From contig CM069145.1 of NCBI GenBank assembly GCA_035221665.1, forward strand, positions 14,942,001-15,006,000: DNA of 64,000 nt, given 5' to 3'. Under the pieces are notes generated by a model. That model searched no databases. It was not told the DNA's origin and worked only from the letters and a program-made list of their open reading frames with translations. Positions 52,085-63,975 of this stretch are shown piece by piece (the first letter of the stretch is position 1; each line of letters opens with the position of its first letter). Both the position numbers and the translations under genes were made by a program. Source of the stretch: Okamejei kenojei. Lineage: Eukaryota.

Positions 52085-53328
52085 TTTTTAAGACATAACT
52101 AGGAAAATGAACAAGGGTGAGCCAGTGGACATAGTGTACCTGGACTTTCAGAAAGCATTTGATAAGGTCCCACATCAGAGATTAGTAGGCAAAATTATGG
52201 CATATGGTATTGGGGGTAGAGTGCTGACATGGATAGAGAAGTGGTTGGCAGACAGGAAACAAAAAGTAGGGATTAACGGGTCTCTTCCAGAATGGCAGGC
52301 AGTGACCAGTGGGGTACCGCAAGGCTCGGTGCTGGGATCACAGCTATTTACAATATGCATCAATGATTTGGATGAAGGGATTCAAAGTAACATTAGCAAA
52401 TTTGCAGATGACACAAAGCTGGGTGGCAGTGTGAACTGAGGAAGGATGCTATGAGAATGCAGGGTGACTTGGACAGGTTGGGGGAGTGGGCAGATGCATG
52501 GCAGATGAAATTTAATGCGGATAAATGTGAGGTTATCCACTTTGGTAGCAAAAACAGGAAGGCAGATTACTATCTAAATGGCATCAAGTTGGGAAAAGGG
52601 GAAGTACGATGGGTCTGGGGGTCCTTGTTAATCAGTCTATGAAAGTAAGCATGCAGGTACAGCAGGCAGTGAAGAAAGCGAATGGCATGTTGGCCTTTAT
52701 AACAAGAGGAATCAAATATAGGAGCAAAGAGGTCCTTCTGCAGTTGTACAGAGCCCTAGTGAGACCACACCTGGAGTATTGCGTGCAGTTTTGGTCACCT
52801 AATTTGAGAAGGACATTCTTGCTATCGAGGGAGTGCAGCCTAGGTTTACAAAGTTAATCCCCGGGATGGCGGGACTGTCATATGCTGAGAGAATGGAGCA
52901 GCTGGGCCTGAACACTCTGGGGTTTAGAAGGATGAGAGGGGATCTCATTGAAACATATGTTTATTAAGGGTTTGGACACGCTAGAGGCAGGAAACATGTT
53001 CCCGATGTTGGGGGAGTTCAGAACCAGGGGCCACAGTTTAAGAATAAGGAGTAAGCCATTTAGAACGGAGACGAGGAAACACTTTTTCTCACAGAGTGGT
53101 GAGTCTGTGGAATTCTCTGCCTCAGAGGGTGGTGGAGGCAGGTTCTCTGGATGCTCTCAAGAGAGTGCTAGATAGGGCTCTTAAAAATAGCAGAGTCAGG
53201 GGATATGGGGAGAAGGCAGGAATGGGGTACTGATTGGGGATGATCAGCCATGATCACATTGAATGGCGGTGCTGGCTTGAAGGGCCGAATGGCCTACTCC
53301 TGAACCTATTGTCCATTGTCTATTGTCT
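52085..53328 (+). mobile_element. CR1/HER1 LINE 3' part (RT pseudogene)
   Basis: [14 protein letters not shown]...GVPQGSVLG...[10 protein letters not shown] through to the (attgtct)n tail. Confidence 0.95.
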
Positions 53329-53919
53329 AAAAATTTAAGTTGCAATTAAAATATTTTTAATGTCATTGCTAATTTTCAGTAAAACATTGTGCTATTGTTC
53401 CTGTGAACATGTTGGACTATTAACGAAATAACAGAATGTAGTCGTTAGAATATAACATAATCACATTATGCAATGTGATCATGCGATCAACAGTCGGAAT
53501 TGAAATTATTAATTGTCATTTTTGCAGTCATTCGTTTCATTCTTGCTCTGCTTATGAGCGGAAAAGAAAGTAATTAGTTAAGTATGTTAAATTCACTCAG
53601 CTGCGGAAGAAAAGATACATTCTCTCAAATGCAAAGTGAAAGGTGGTTAATTATGGAAATAAATTGGAAGCATGTGCCTCTTAAACACCACTATCGTAAC
53701 TTCCTCCATGACCTCACTGACAGCGCATTCCAGCTACTCACCGCCCCCCGTATAAACAAGTTTCCTGCACATCTTCCAGCAAGCAAATGGAACTTTATAG
53801 AACTATTGGCATCATTGAGATTAGATCGGTGGTCCGGTTTTCCCAACTCATGTTGCCTGTGTTTCTGTCCTTCAGTTACTTTGTGTTAATTCCTTGAACT
53901 GGCATATAATCTTTGTCAA

Positions 53920-54420
53920 AGATAGACTCAAAAAGCTGGGGTAAGATTTGGACGCATCTGCGGAGGAAAGCAATAGGTGACGTTTCGGGTCGAGACCCTT
54001 CTTCAGACTGAGAGCCAGCGGAGAAGGAACCAAGAGACATGAACAGGTGGATGGAAGAAATTAATGAAAGATTTGCAAAGAGACAGATCAAAGCCAGCAA
54101 TGATTATCAAGGAAAGGTGGAGCCCACAATGTTGGCTGTGGGGGAAGGTGAATACAAGTGATAAAAACAGTGAAACTCAGCGGGACGACAGTGAAACCAG
54201 TATGATGGTTAGGGTGGGGGAGGGACGAAGAGAGAGGGAATGCAAGGGTTACTTGAAGTTAGAAAAATCAAGATTCACACCGCTGTGGTGTAAGCTGCCC
54301 AAACAAAATATGCTGTTTTTTTGTTGTGAAGGAAGGTGCTGTTCCTGCAAGGTGCATTTGGCCTCACTCTGACAATGGATGAGGCCCAGGACAGAAAGGT
54401 CAGAATGGAAATGGGAGGTG
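53920..54420 (-). mobile_element. Penelope-like fragment (endonuclease C-terminus plus terminal repeat)
   Basis: - strand DLSVLGLIHCQSEAK and LGSLH..GVNLDFSNFK*, then the terminal repeat. Confidence 0.75.
53975..54010 (-). ncRNA. Minimal hammerhead-ribozyme-like core in a Penelope terminus
   Basis: CUGAAGA-A-GGGUC/GACCC-GAAA-CGUC; stem I only about 2 bp. Confidence 0.45.
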
Positions 54421-54586
54421 GCCTGTTACAAAAGCCAGCAAAACTAACGATGAAGGACAATTTTCTCAATTCTATTGATACTTTGCAAAAACAAATTAAC
54501 CCTTCCGAAGAAGTGTGAAGAAGGGTCTCGACCCAAAATGTCAACTATTCCTTTTCTCCAGAGATGCAGTCTGACCCGCTGAGTTA

Positions 54587-55233
54587 AGGGCCTGTCCCAT
54601 TTGGCTGTCTTTCGCGCGGCATTTACACGACCTGCTAGCGTGTGAGTAGCGTGTGGGTAGCGCGGGATGGGCGCACGGAGTGGTGTGGAGGAGTGTGGAG
54701 TGGCATGGAGTAGGGAGGACTTCGTCCTGCACAAAATCTTCGCGTGCCACCGGCCTGTCGCGTAACTGACGGCCAAAGTGGGACAGGCCCAAGACCCTGG
54801 CGCGACGCATCGTCTCGCCTCCAACAGCAGCAGAAGCAGGCAAACGATCGCTGAGCTCGGCCTGGGGCTATGGCCGTTGCGGATCCGGATCTGCCCCCAC
54901 TCCTACTCCCAGAGCAGGGCCAAGATTATTGGAGATAGACACAAAATGCAGGAGTAACTCAACAGGACTGGCAGCATCTCTGGAGAGAAGCAATAGGTGA
55001 TGTTTCGGGTCAAGATCCTTCTTTCAGACTGAAAAAGAGTCTCGCCCCGAAACATCATCCATTCCTTCTCTTCAGAGATGCTGCCGGTCCCGCTGAGTTA
55101 CTCCTGCATTTTGTGTCTATCTTCAAATGACGTCACGCGCTCCAGATGGCTGTGCGGGCGCATGATGACGCGCGCGACTCTCGCGCGACTACCGGCCTGT
55201 CGCGTAAGTGACAGCCTAAGTGGGACAGACCCT
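54587..55233. mobile_element. Composite Harbinger MITE with Penelope fold-back cargo
   Basis: TIRs, TTA TSD, internal TIR ending at 54790, cargo at 54931-55124. Confidence 0.85.
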
Positions 55234-55345
55234 TTACTCCAGCCTTTCAACCCATCAGGTCCATGCCGATCTTTTTGTCCATCTACACTGATTTCTACTG
55301 CCACATGATCATATCCTTTTCTACATTGCGACTTTAAACTTTAAT

Positions 55346-55489
55346 GGGTACACAAAAGGCTGGAGAAACCCAGCGGGTGCGGCAGCATCTAAGGAGCGAA
55401 GGAGATAGGCGACGTTTTGGGTCGAGACCCTTCTTCAGTCTTTTGTGTACCCTCGATTCTCCAGCATCTGCAGTTCCTTCTTTTTTACT
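55346..55489. mobile_element. Penelope-derived mini-element
   Basis: 13-bp TSD tttaaactttaat at 55333-55345 and 55490-55502. Confidence 0.7.
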
Positions 55490-55502
55490 TTTAAACTTTA
55501 AT

Positions 55503-55742
55503 AACACAGCTTGGGAAACAGGCCCTTCAGGCCACCGATTCCACGCCGAACAGCGATCACCCCTTATACGGACACTATCATACAACCTAGCGACAATTTC
55601 CAGAGGTCAATTAGCTTACACACCTGTACTTCTTTGGAGTGTGGGAGAAAACTGTAGAAAACAGACAGCACCCATTGTCAGGATTGAACCCGGGTCTCTG
55701 GCACTGTAAGGCAGCAACTCTACTGCCACACCACTGTGCCGC
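55503..55742 (-). mobile_element. HE1-like SINE
   Basis: Head and body with an internal deletion. Confidence 0.8.
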
Positions 55743-55949
55743 CCCTTGCCTATTTGTGTCTGTGTACATACCTCTTAAACGTAATAATTGTATCTGATTC
55801 CACCACCTCCTCTGGCAGTACACTCAGATATCAATCATTATGTGATGCAGATAACACTATGATTATGCAGATATCAATCACTGTCTGTGTGACCATTGAG
55901 GCCAATGTGGGATCTGCTACAGATGGGGCAGGAGGTAAACATTTTTTTA

Positions 55950-56250
55950 GCATAGTGATACAACACGGAAACAGGACCTTCGTCTCATCGGGTCCGCACC
56001 GACCAGCGATCCCCGCACATTAACACTACCCTACCCACAGTCGGGACAATTTTACATTTATACCAAGCCAATCAACCTACAAACTTGTACGTCTTTAGAT
56101 TGTGGGATAAAACCGTAGATCTCGGAGAAAACCCGCGCAGGTCACGGGGAGAAGGTACAAACTATGTATGGACAAGCACCTGTAGTCAGGAACGAACCCT
56201 GGTCTCGGCGCTGTAAAGCTGTAGTTCTACCACTGCGCCACTGTGCCGCT
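55950..56250 (-). mobile_element. HE1-like SINE
   Basis: Full body. Confidence 0.85.
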
Positions 56251-56803
56251 GTTTGATGGGACAGCAGGTCGGAAGTTTTGGAGATGGTCTGCTCTTATCA
56301 TTGGTTTTATTCTGGCAAGAGTGCACCACGGTTCTCAGTGTCAGGCCAATGCACCTGCTCCTTTGTGAGCAGACATGAGCCAAAGATTCCAGAAGTCATT
56401 GGGAATGTTACAATTTTTCAAAGAACTGCAAAAATAAGCCCCGTGATAACAATTCAACAGGAAATGGGAAAAGACATGCAAACTGACACGGATGGCAACA
56501 TTGTTCCGTAGAAAAAAGAGATGAGTTTATTTGGTCACCTTGAAGCAATGGTCATTAGCACAACAGTTTTTATTCAAGCCTGCTTTCATTTCTAAATGGC
56601 AGATTTTTGAAGCTGATTGCCAGCTTTTCAATCTTTCATAGTTTGGCATTAATATCTCCATCTTGTGTGGGTGGGAATTTGTTGTTTCTTTTTCCTCTGT
56701 ATTAAAACCCATTTCTTTGCCATCTGCTTAACTGGTTTTGGATTCTTCTCAGTAGGTTTTATTTCCATTTTATTTTCCCCTGGGCACCACGTTTGGTACT
56801 CAC

Positions 56804-56859
56804 GGCAAATTCTGTTTGGTAGGCATTCCTTTCCCTGTCAGGAAACACAGGAGCAGCAT
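56804..56859 (-). other. Candidate 56-nt host exon (unassigned)
   Basis: Acceptor cttctctttttattctgcag and donor GCC|GTGAGT in non-repetitive DNA; two open frames. Confidence 0.3.
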
Positions 56860-57287
56860 CTGCAGAATAAAAAGAGAAGCTAATCACATTTTACTGTTCA
56901 CAAAGTTAAAGAGGAATGAAAGCAAGCATTAATTTAGTGTCCATTTGTTATGTGTAAACAAGGTTGACAAAATCGAAGCCTGCAGGCAATTACAAAAGCG
57001 CCAACCAATATAATGTCATTTGTTTCCATACTTTGCTTTGAACAGGTAAAGTTTTATTTGCCAGCTTTACGTGACTGGAGATGGGATGATTATTGACCTC
57101 TGATTGACCAACTGTTTCACACTGATCTTAATTAACCGAACAGCTAATTTTATTTCAACCAAGTAATAAAATAGGATGGCTAACTCTTAACCACAATTCA
57201 TGTTATTCAATAGAAATGCAAACTTAGTTTCTTTGCACATGTGAAATGTGGGAAAAACCCCTTCCATCCTCCAGTCCTGATCACTAC

Positions 57288-57289
<2 letters not shown>

Positions 57290-57350
<61 letters not shown>

Positions 57351-58810
57351 TTTATTATGGACTCAAGATCCAGACAAGGGGCAACATTACATTACAAAAT
57401 GCATTGCATATCAAATATCATAAATATATATAAAATCATGGTAAATCACATTAAAACATCATAATTTATATATTTTTAAAAAAACCCACAATACTTAAGT
57501 TAAAAATCCAGAGTAAAAAAATGATCAATGTCGTACAACGAGACAACGATACCAGTGTCTTCACAACTGGGATTCGTAGCGTGTAGTGCTAACCCTTATG
57601 TTTGTCAAGGCCACAATAAGCACATTTTTAGAGTCATTAATCCTGCAAATGAATTTATACATGTGGTATCTTAGAATAGCTTCTAAAGTACTGACTCCTG
57701 CAGCCACAAACATATTACTGACACTACACCATCTTGGTTGCCTTAGCAGTGTTCTCATGGCATCATTATATGCAATCTTTAGTCTCTGCATACTTGTCTT
57801 TAAATAGTTCGACCACAGGTGCGCAGTGTAGAGGGGTGTGCAGTATGCTCTAAATAGCGACATCTTCACCACATCTGCACACGCACCAAATTTACGCGTG
57901 GATATTCGCCTGTACATACAGCATGCGTCGTTGCCTATAAATATCCTCATCATCTGTCATTTGTTCTGTAATAATATGCCCTAGATATTTTATCTTATTA
58001 CAGACACTAAGATCGTTGTCAGACAATTTAAAATCAGGATATTTTAGGCTTTTATCCTCTTTGGTTCTACAGACCAATACAGCACTCTTACTAGCATTAT
58101 ATTTAATGTCATGTTCCAAACCATACATGGAACATGCAGTAAGGAGCTGCTGGAGACCAGCGCTAGATGGACTAAAGACCACAAGATCATCTGCATACAT
58201 AATATGGTTCACTAAAATATTACCAATCACGCACCCAGTGTTACAGGCTTTCAATTGTTTAGACAGATCATCAATATATAGATTAAAAAGGACTGGGAAC
58301 AAAATTCCCCCTTGTCTAACACCATTGCTAACCCCAAATGGGGCTGAGACCCTATTGCCCCATTTTATTTGCATAGTCTGATGGGCATACCAGTAGGCCA
58401 GTATTCTCACAATGTATTTAGGCACCCCTCTTTGACGCATTTTACCAAACAGCTTTCTGTGATTAACACGGTCAAAGGCTTTGGAAGTATCAATAAAGCA
58501 CATAAGGATTGAAGAGTTTTTGCCTCTATATTTGTTTACAATCTCCTTTAGGGCATATATGCATAAGTCAGTGCCATGTTTAGCTTTAAAGCCAAACTGG
58601 TTATCTGTGGAGTTAACAAACTCATGTATTCTATCCAGCAGAACTCTTTCTAAGTCTTTTGACAATATGCTGGCTAAAGCTATAGGCCTGTAATTATTTA
58701 GACTGCCTACTTTATCCACTTTGTCCTTAATAACCGGCACTAACAGGACAGACAACATTGAGTCTGGTAACATGCCATGAATCATAAAGCCAGTAAAACA
58801 AATAGCTAGG
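57290..58810 (-). mobile_element. Young 5'-truncated LINE (RTE-X/Proto2-like, clade uncertain)
   Basis: RT ORFs 57892-58785 and 57561-57953; (att)n tail at 57290-57349. Confidence 0.85.
57561..58785 (-). pseudogene. Non-LTR reverse transcriptase with one frameshift
   Basis: NYRPIAL, QFGFK, SKAFDRVNH, GVRQGGIL, YADDL, KYLG; frame change near 57900. Confidence 0.85.
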
Positions 58811-60084
58811 ACAAACTACTAACACACTACTCTTCACCAAATCCTATATATTGTATATTGTATCTATTAGCTGGTTGATTCAAGAACCTGATGGTTGTAG
58901 GAAAGTAGCTGTTCAGGTGGTTTGAGACTTCAAGCTTCTACGCGTTCTGCCCGATGGTAGCAGTGGGAAGGGGTCATGACAAAGGAAAGCACTTGAATAT
59001 GGAAATATACAATGTGGAGGAGTTAAAGTAAAAGTCATTGATACATTGAGAGATTCGGGGAAGAAAAGGAAGATATTATGCTGCGATTAGACAGGATGAG
59101 ATGAAGAAGGGCAGACTAATATTCATGAATCACAGACATGGGCATTGGCCAAATGGCTAGTTTCCCTGCTGAATTTACAATTCTATTCTCTGACTTAATT
59201 AATGTTGGTATGTTTCTGCTCATCAAGACATTGATGGATGCACCTTTCATGAATAGCTGGAATGAGCACAATACATCTGAAAGGTCAAAACAATCCATGT
59301 GTAATGACTGCTGACACCTTTCAGCCACAGTATCACTGCTGATGGACCTCCACCTGGATGTGTCCAAGAAGCCTTTGTGTTCATTTTCTTTCCTTTGCAT
59401 GACTGTTCTGCAGAAGTGCTGCCATCTGTTGCCCAGTGATGGCCCCTTCGTCTGGATTTTCCAATCAAACCTTGTATTAATGGCAGTGAAAACATGATGT
59501 TGAATTAATATTATAAATCGATAGGGATTTTTTTCCATTACCGTTTAGTGGTAAATGCCTGGTATTATTCACATAAGAATTGAACATGGCTTAAAAATAA
59601 TTTCCTTGCTATGCCATTATCAGAATATCTCAATTGACTCTGCATATCGAGATTCTTTTCAAGGTGACCTTGCCCTCGATTTCATGTTACTTGCTTCAGG
59701 TGGCTGCAGTTAGTGGCAAGATTGTATATTAATCTTGTGGGGCTGAGGGATTTAATTTAAAATGCATAACCTAACCTCTGCAGGGAGTTGACAAAAGGCA
59801 GGTGTTGCTCTGTGCATTGAGGGGCATCTTCATCACCACTGATGCTGGACTGCATTATTAATTTTACATATCGAAAATCTATAGGGTGCAATTGATTGTG
59901 TTATTATAGGTGTAGGCAAGAGAATAGGCGTGAATAAAAGCAATGCAGTTTGTCTTCACAGTTTTGGAGCTCCTTGAGACGCAATTACTTTCAGAGGCTC
60001 ACCACAACATAGGCAATAAATTCAGAAAATGGAAGGCTAAATTCCTGTGTTTGTGAACTTGTGAAAGATCATCCCTTATAGAGT

Positions 60085-60470
60085 GATAGTCATACAGCAC
60101 GGAAACAGGCCGTGCAGCCCACCAGGTCCATGCCAACCAAGATGCCCCACCTACACTAGTCATTACACTTGCGTTAGGCCCATATCCCTCTAAACTTTTC
60201 CTATACCTGACCACCCTATCTACCTGTGACACCACATTCATAGAACTATGTACCTGCATTCATAGATCCCTCTGCTCTACAACACTTCTCAGGACCCAAC
60301 CATTCACTGTGAAGGTGCGACCCTAGTTCGACTTCCCAAAATACAACACCTAGCAGTTATCTGCTTTCAATTCCATTAATCATTCCTGATAACTTGCCCA
60401 ACCGATCAAGATTCTGCTTTAATTTTGCATAACCATCCTCACTATCGACAATACCACTCACTTCAGTGCC
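60085..60470 (-). mobile_element. CR1/HER1 fragment
   Basis: ORF 59999-60259 VSQVDRVV..LEGYGPNA and 3' UTR. Confidence 0.7.
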
Positions 60471-60554
60471 ATATTGTGAGAGTTTTGGGCCCCGTATCTG
60501 CGGAAGGTTGTGTTGGCTTTGGAGAGGGTCTAGAGGTGGTTTACAAAATGAGAT

Positions 60555-60868
60555 TTAGTTTAGTTTAGAGACCCTAGAGCGCGGAAACAGGCCCTTCAGC
60601 CCACTGGGTCCACGCCGACAAGCAATTTCCGCATATTAACATAATCCTACACATACTAGGGACAATTTTTACATTTACCAAACCAATTTACCTGCATAAC
60701 TATACATCTTTGGAGTGTGGGAGGAAACCGAAGATCTTTGAGAAAACCCACACAAGTCACGGGGAGAACTTACAAACTCCGTACAAACAGCATCCATAGT
60801 TGGGATCGAACCCGAGTCTCTAGCACTGCAAGAGCTGTAAGGCAGCAACTCTACGCTGTGCCACCATG
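60555..60868 (-). mobile_element. HE1-like SINE
   Basis: Full body. Confidence 0.85.
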
Positions 60869-61215
60869 GCAACCTGATTAACCCGATTATTTGGTTAATG
60901 TATGAGGAGCATTTGAAGGCTCTGGGCCTGTCCTCGCTGCAGTTCAGGGGGATGAGGGGGAATCTAATTGAAACCTAGGTTAATGAAAGGTCTGGATAGA
61001 GTGGACGTGGAAAGGATGTTTTCAGTAATGGGAGAGTCAAGACCCAGGGGGCTAGCCACAGAATAAAAGTACGTATCTTAAGAATGGAGATGAGGAGGTA
61101 TTTATTTCGTCAGAGGGTGGTGAATCTGTAGAATTATTTGCCACAGATGCTTGTGGAGGCCAAGGCATAAGGCATTTTTAAAGCAGATTCTTGATTAGGA
61201 AAGGTGCCAAAGGTT

Positions 61216-61551
61216 TTTCGTGGAAAATCACCCAATAAAGCTACGGAAAGGAGAAAGAGGTGCAGCGCACAGGGCTTGAACCTGGTGAGACGCAGGAGGA
61301 GCCAGGCCAGGACTTGCCCCACAGAGCCCAGTCCCTCCACGCACTAGAATCTCCCAACCCCTGCAGAGTAGTTATTAAAATGGCTGGCCCATGGGTGGTT
61401 GCTGCTGGGACGCAAGTCGGGGCCTGATCAACCCCGGCTGGGTCGCCTGGGTGAGGGTGTCTTCTGTTGTGAGACCCGAAACACCTGATGATCCCAGATC
61501 ACATCACTGAGGATGCATCCCAGCGCATCTAGAAGATGTATATTTTTCACA
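61216..61551 (+). mobile_element. Internally deleted Hero-like (R2 superfamily) retroelement
   Basis: QRTGLEPGETQEEPGQDLPHRAQSLH-coding 5' piece joined to the 3' end ctgatcaaccccggctgggtcgcctgggtgagggtgtc...gaaacacc; family recalled from memory, not searched. Confidence 0.6.
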
Positions 61552-62194
61552 ATGAGGAGGTATTTATTTAGCCATAGGGTGGTGAATCTGTGGAATTATT
61601 TGGCACAGATGCTTGTGGAGGCCAAGGCATTAGGCATTTTTAAAGCAGATTCTTGATTAGGAAAGGTGCCAAAGGTTACAGAAAGAAGTCAGGGGTTGAG
61701 AGGGACAAGAACAGTCATGATTGAATGGCAGAGTAGAATCGATGGGCTGAATGGATTTATTCTGCTCCTATGTCTTCTGGTTTTATGTTCTTATGTGCAA
61801 GTTTACTAATCATGCCTTCTACATTTTCATCCAATTTGTTGATATTCCCTATTGTGAAATTATTGAAATATCTTAGAAGGTTAACTACTCTATATTTTTA
61901 TGACTTGGCCAAAGTAACAGTAAGCCTCTTGAATAACTAACAATAAATCCTATCTATTTGGTGCAAAACAAACCTGAGTAACTGAAAAGCTCTATAAATT
62001 AAAAATAATTAGAGATGTCACTTTTAATGGTTCCAAATGCTTTACATTTATTAAGGATATGCCTCCAGAAATAATTGAGCACAGCTCAATTATTGCTCAA
62101 ATAAATGTTACTGCTACAAAATGGAACTTGCGTGTACACTAAGGGATTAGTAAAGCGGGGGATGAAAGGTAACGGAGGATTTCATCAAGTTATA

Positions 62195-62345
62195 GAGTGA
62201 TAGAATGATACAGCTTGGAAACAGGCCCTTCAGCCCAACTTGCCCATGTTGGCCGACATGCCCAATCTACACTATCCCCACCTGCCTGCATTTGGCCCAT
62301 ATCCTTCTCAACCTATCCTATCCATGTACCTGTCCAAATGTTTTA
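62195..62345 (-). mobile_element. CR1/HER1 3' tail
   Basis: Matches 6940-7080. Confidence 0.75.
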
Positions 62346-62770
62346 TTTGAAACCATACAAAACCATGCTGACTATCACCTCTTGTCCATCCAAACACATA
62401 TTTTCCCAGAATACTCTCTAAGTTATTAAAAATTAGGAAGGAATTTGATAGAAAATAAGTTTTTTCCAGGGTCAAGATCAGTAAGCAGATTGAACAGACT
62501 TAGCGTGTAGGCAGAAGAACCGGTAAGATTTTGATTGTTTTCTTTATATACTGTATGCTTTGATCTAGAAAGTCCTACTTGAAAGGACAGAAATTGAAGA
62601 TTCTAAAGAAAATATGTCTAAATATACAGTATGGAAAGAAAATTGCAAGGATAAAAGAGTACTGTTATTGTTTTATTATTGTTATGTGTACTGAGACATA
62701 GTGAAAACCTTTTTTGTCTTGTTCTATGGGGTCACATCATACGATACATAAGTACATCAATGTTGTGAAA

Positions 62771-63227
62771 AGGGCCTGTCCCACTAGGCGACTGCCGGCG
62801 ACTGACATAGTTGTAGCACGTCGCCGAAAAACTGGCGACTGGACTAATGGGCCTGTCCCACTTAGGTGATATTTTTAGGCGACTGTCGGCGACTACGACA
62901 ATGGAATACACCAAAGTCAGCACTGGTGACAACCTACGTCACCTGCCGACAACCTACATCATCCTGGCAACAACCTACGCCATCCTGGCGACAACCTAGG
63001 GCAACCTACGATAGCATCTCCATCAGGAGAAGGCACGCTACGGCAAGCCCACGGTCGCTGACTGTCACCATAACGTTTTGAACATTTCAAAATCCAGTGG
63101 CGACCAGAAAAACGCTACGAGTCTTTGGGCGACTGAGGAGACTACTCACGACCATACAGGCGACACCCTGGCGACTGTGTGGCAACAGCCTAGTCGCCTA
63201 AAAAATCGCCTAAGTGGGACAGGCCCA
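62771..63227. mobile_element. Harbinger MITE (62848-63227) abutting an orphan left end (62771-62844)
   Basis: Inner TIR TGGGCCTGTCCCACTTAGG with TAA TSD; outer end resembles the start of 34911. Confidence 0.8.
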
Positions 63228-63229
63228 TA

Positions 63230-63975
63230 AGAGAGAAAGGCAAATGGAATATAGAAGATACTGTTATCACTACAAAGAAAACGCAAAGATAAAAAAGTGC
63301 AAGGGCTTCAATGAGATAGATTGGGAGATCAGGAATTCAACCCTAGTATAAGGAGGATGATAATAGTAGGAAATAAACTATTCTTTCTTTTTAAGCTTTT
63401 GTATTTTCTGCTTGATGGGAGAATGGAGGAGAGAGAATGACCGGGGTGTGAGTGGTCAATTATGTTGACCTCTTTCCCGATGCTGCGTGAAGCATGGAGC
63501 GAGACAATGATGGGAGTCTTGTTTACGTTATGGACTGGGCTGGTCTCACATCACCCTGCAGTTCCCAGCAGCCTTGGGCAAAAGAGTTATTGGGCAGAAC
63601 TATTTGTATACCTTGAGTATGCAAGCAAAGAATGTCACTGTGCCTTGTCACATGTGACAATAAAGTATTCCATTCCATTCCAACAATTTGTAATACCAAG
63701 CTGTCATGCATCCCAATAGTATACTTTCTATGGTGCATCTGAAGAAATTAGTGACAATCATTGGAAACATGGTGAATTTCCTAAGTCCTTCTGAGAGTAT
63801 TGTGCGCTTTCTTGGCTACTATGTCAATTCATTGCTCCAGGATAAATAGTTGGTGATATTTACACCTAGGATTTGAAGCCCCAGCACTGTTGATCTGACA
63901 GGGTTGTGCATCCACACCGCCTCTTGCTGTCAATGACCAAATCTTTGGTTTTGCTGATGTTGAGGGAGAGATTGG
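63230..63975 (-). mobile_element. Old Rex1/Babar fragment
   Basis: Degenerate Rex RT motifs (aatctctccctcaacatcagcaaaacc, gaccactcacacccc on the - strand). Confidence 0.55.

Larger units (their letters stand above)
60471..61790 (+). mobile_element. CR1/HER1 3' fragment with nested insertions
   Basis: WAPYLRKVVLALERV and 3' UTR motifs; interrupted at 60555 and 61216. Confidence 0.8.

Noticed and set aside
59116-59538. Overlapping ORFs as a coding exon
   Set aside because: Weak acceptor and donor (GTGGAG); no recognisable protein.
61455-61500. Hammerhead in the Hero-like 3' end (ggtgtc...gaaacacc, ctgatga)
   Set aside because: The conserved boxes are not arranged with stems I and II in a valid topology.
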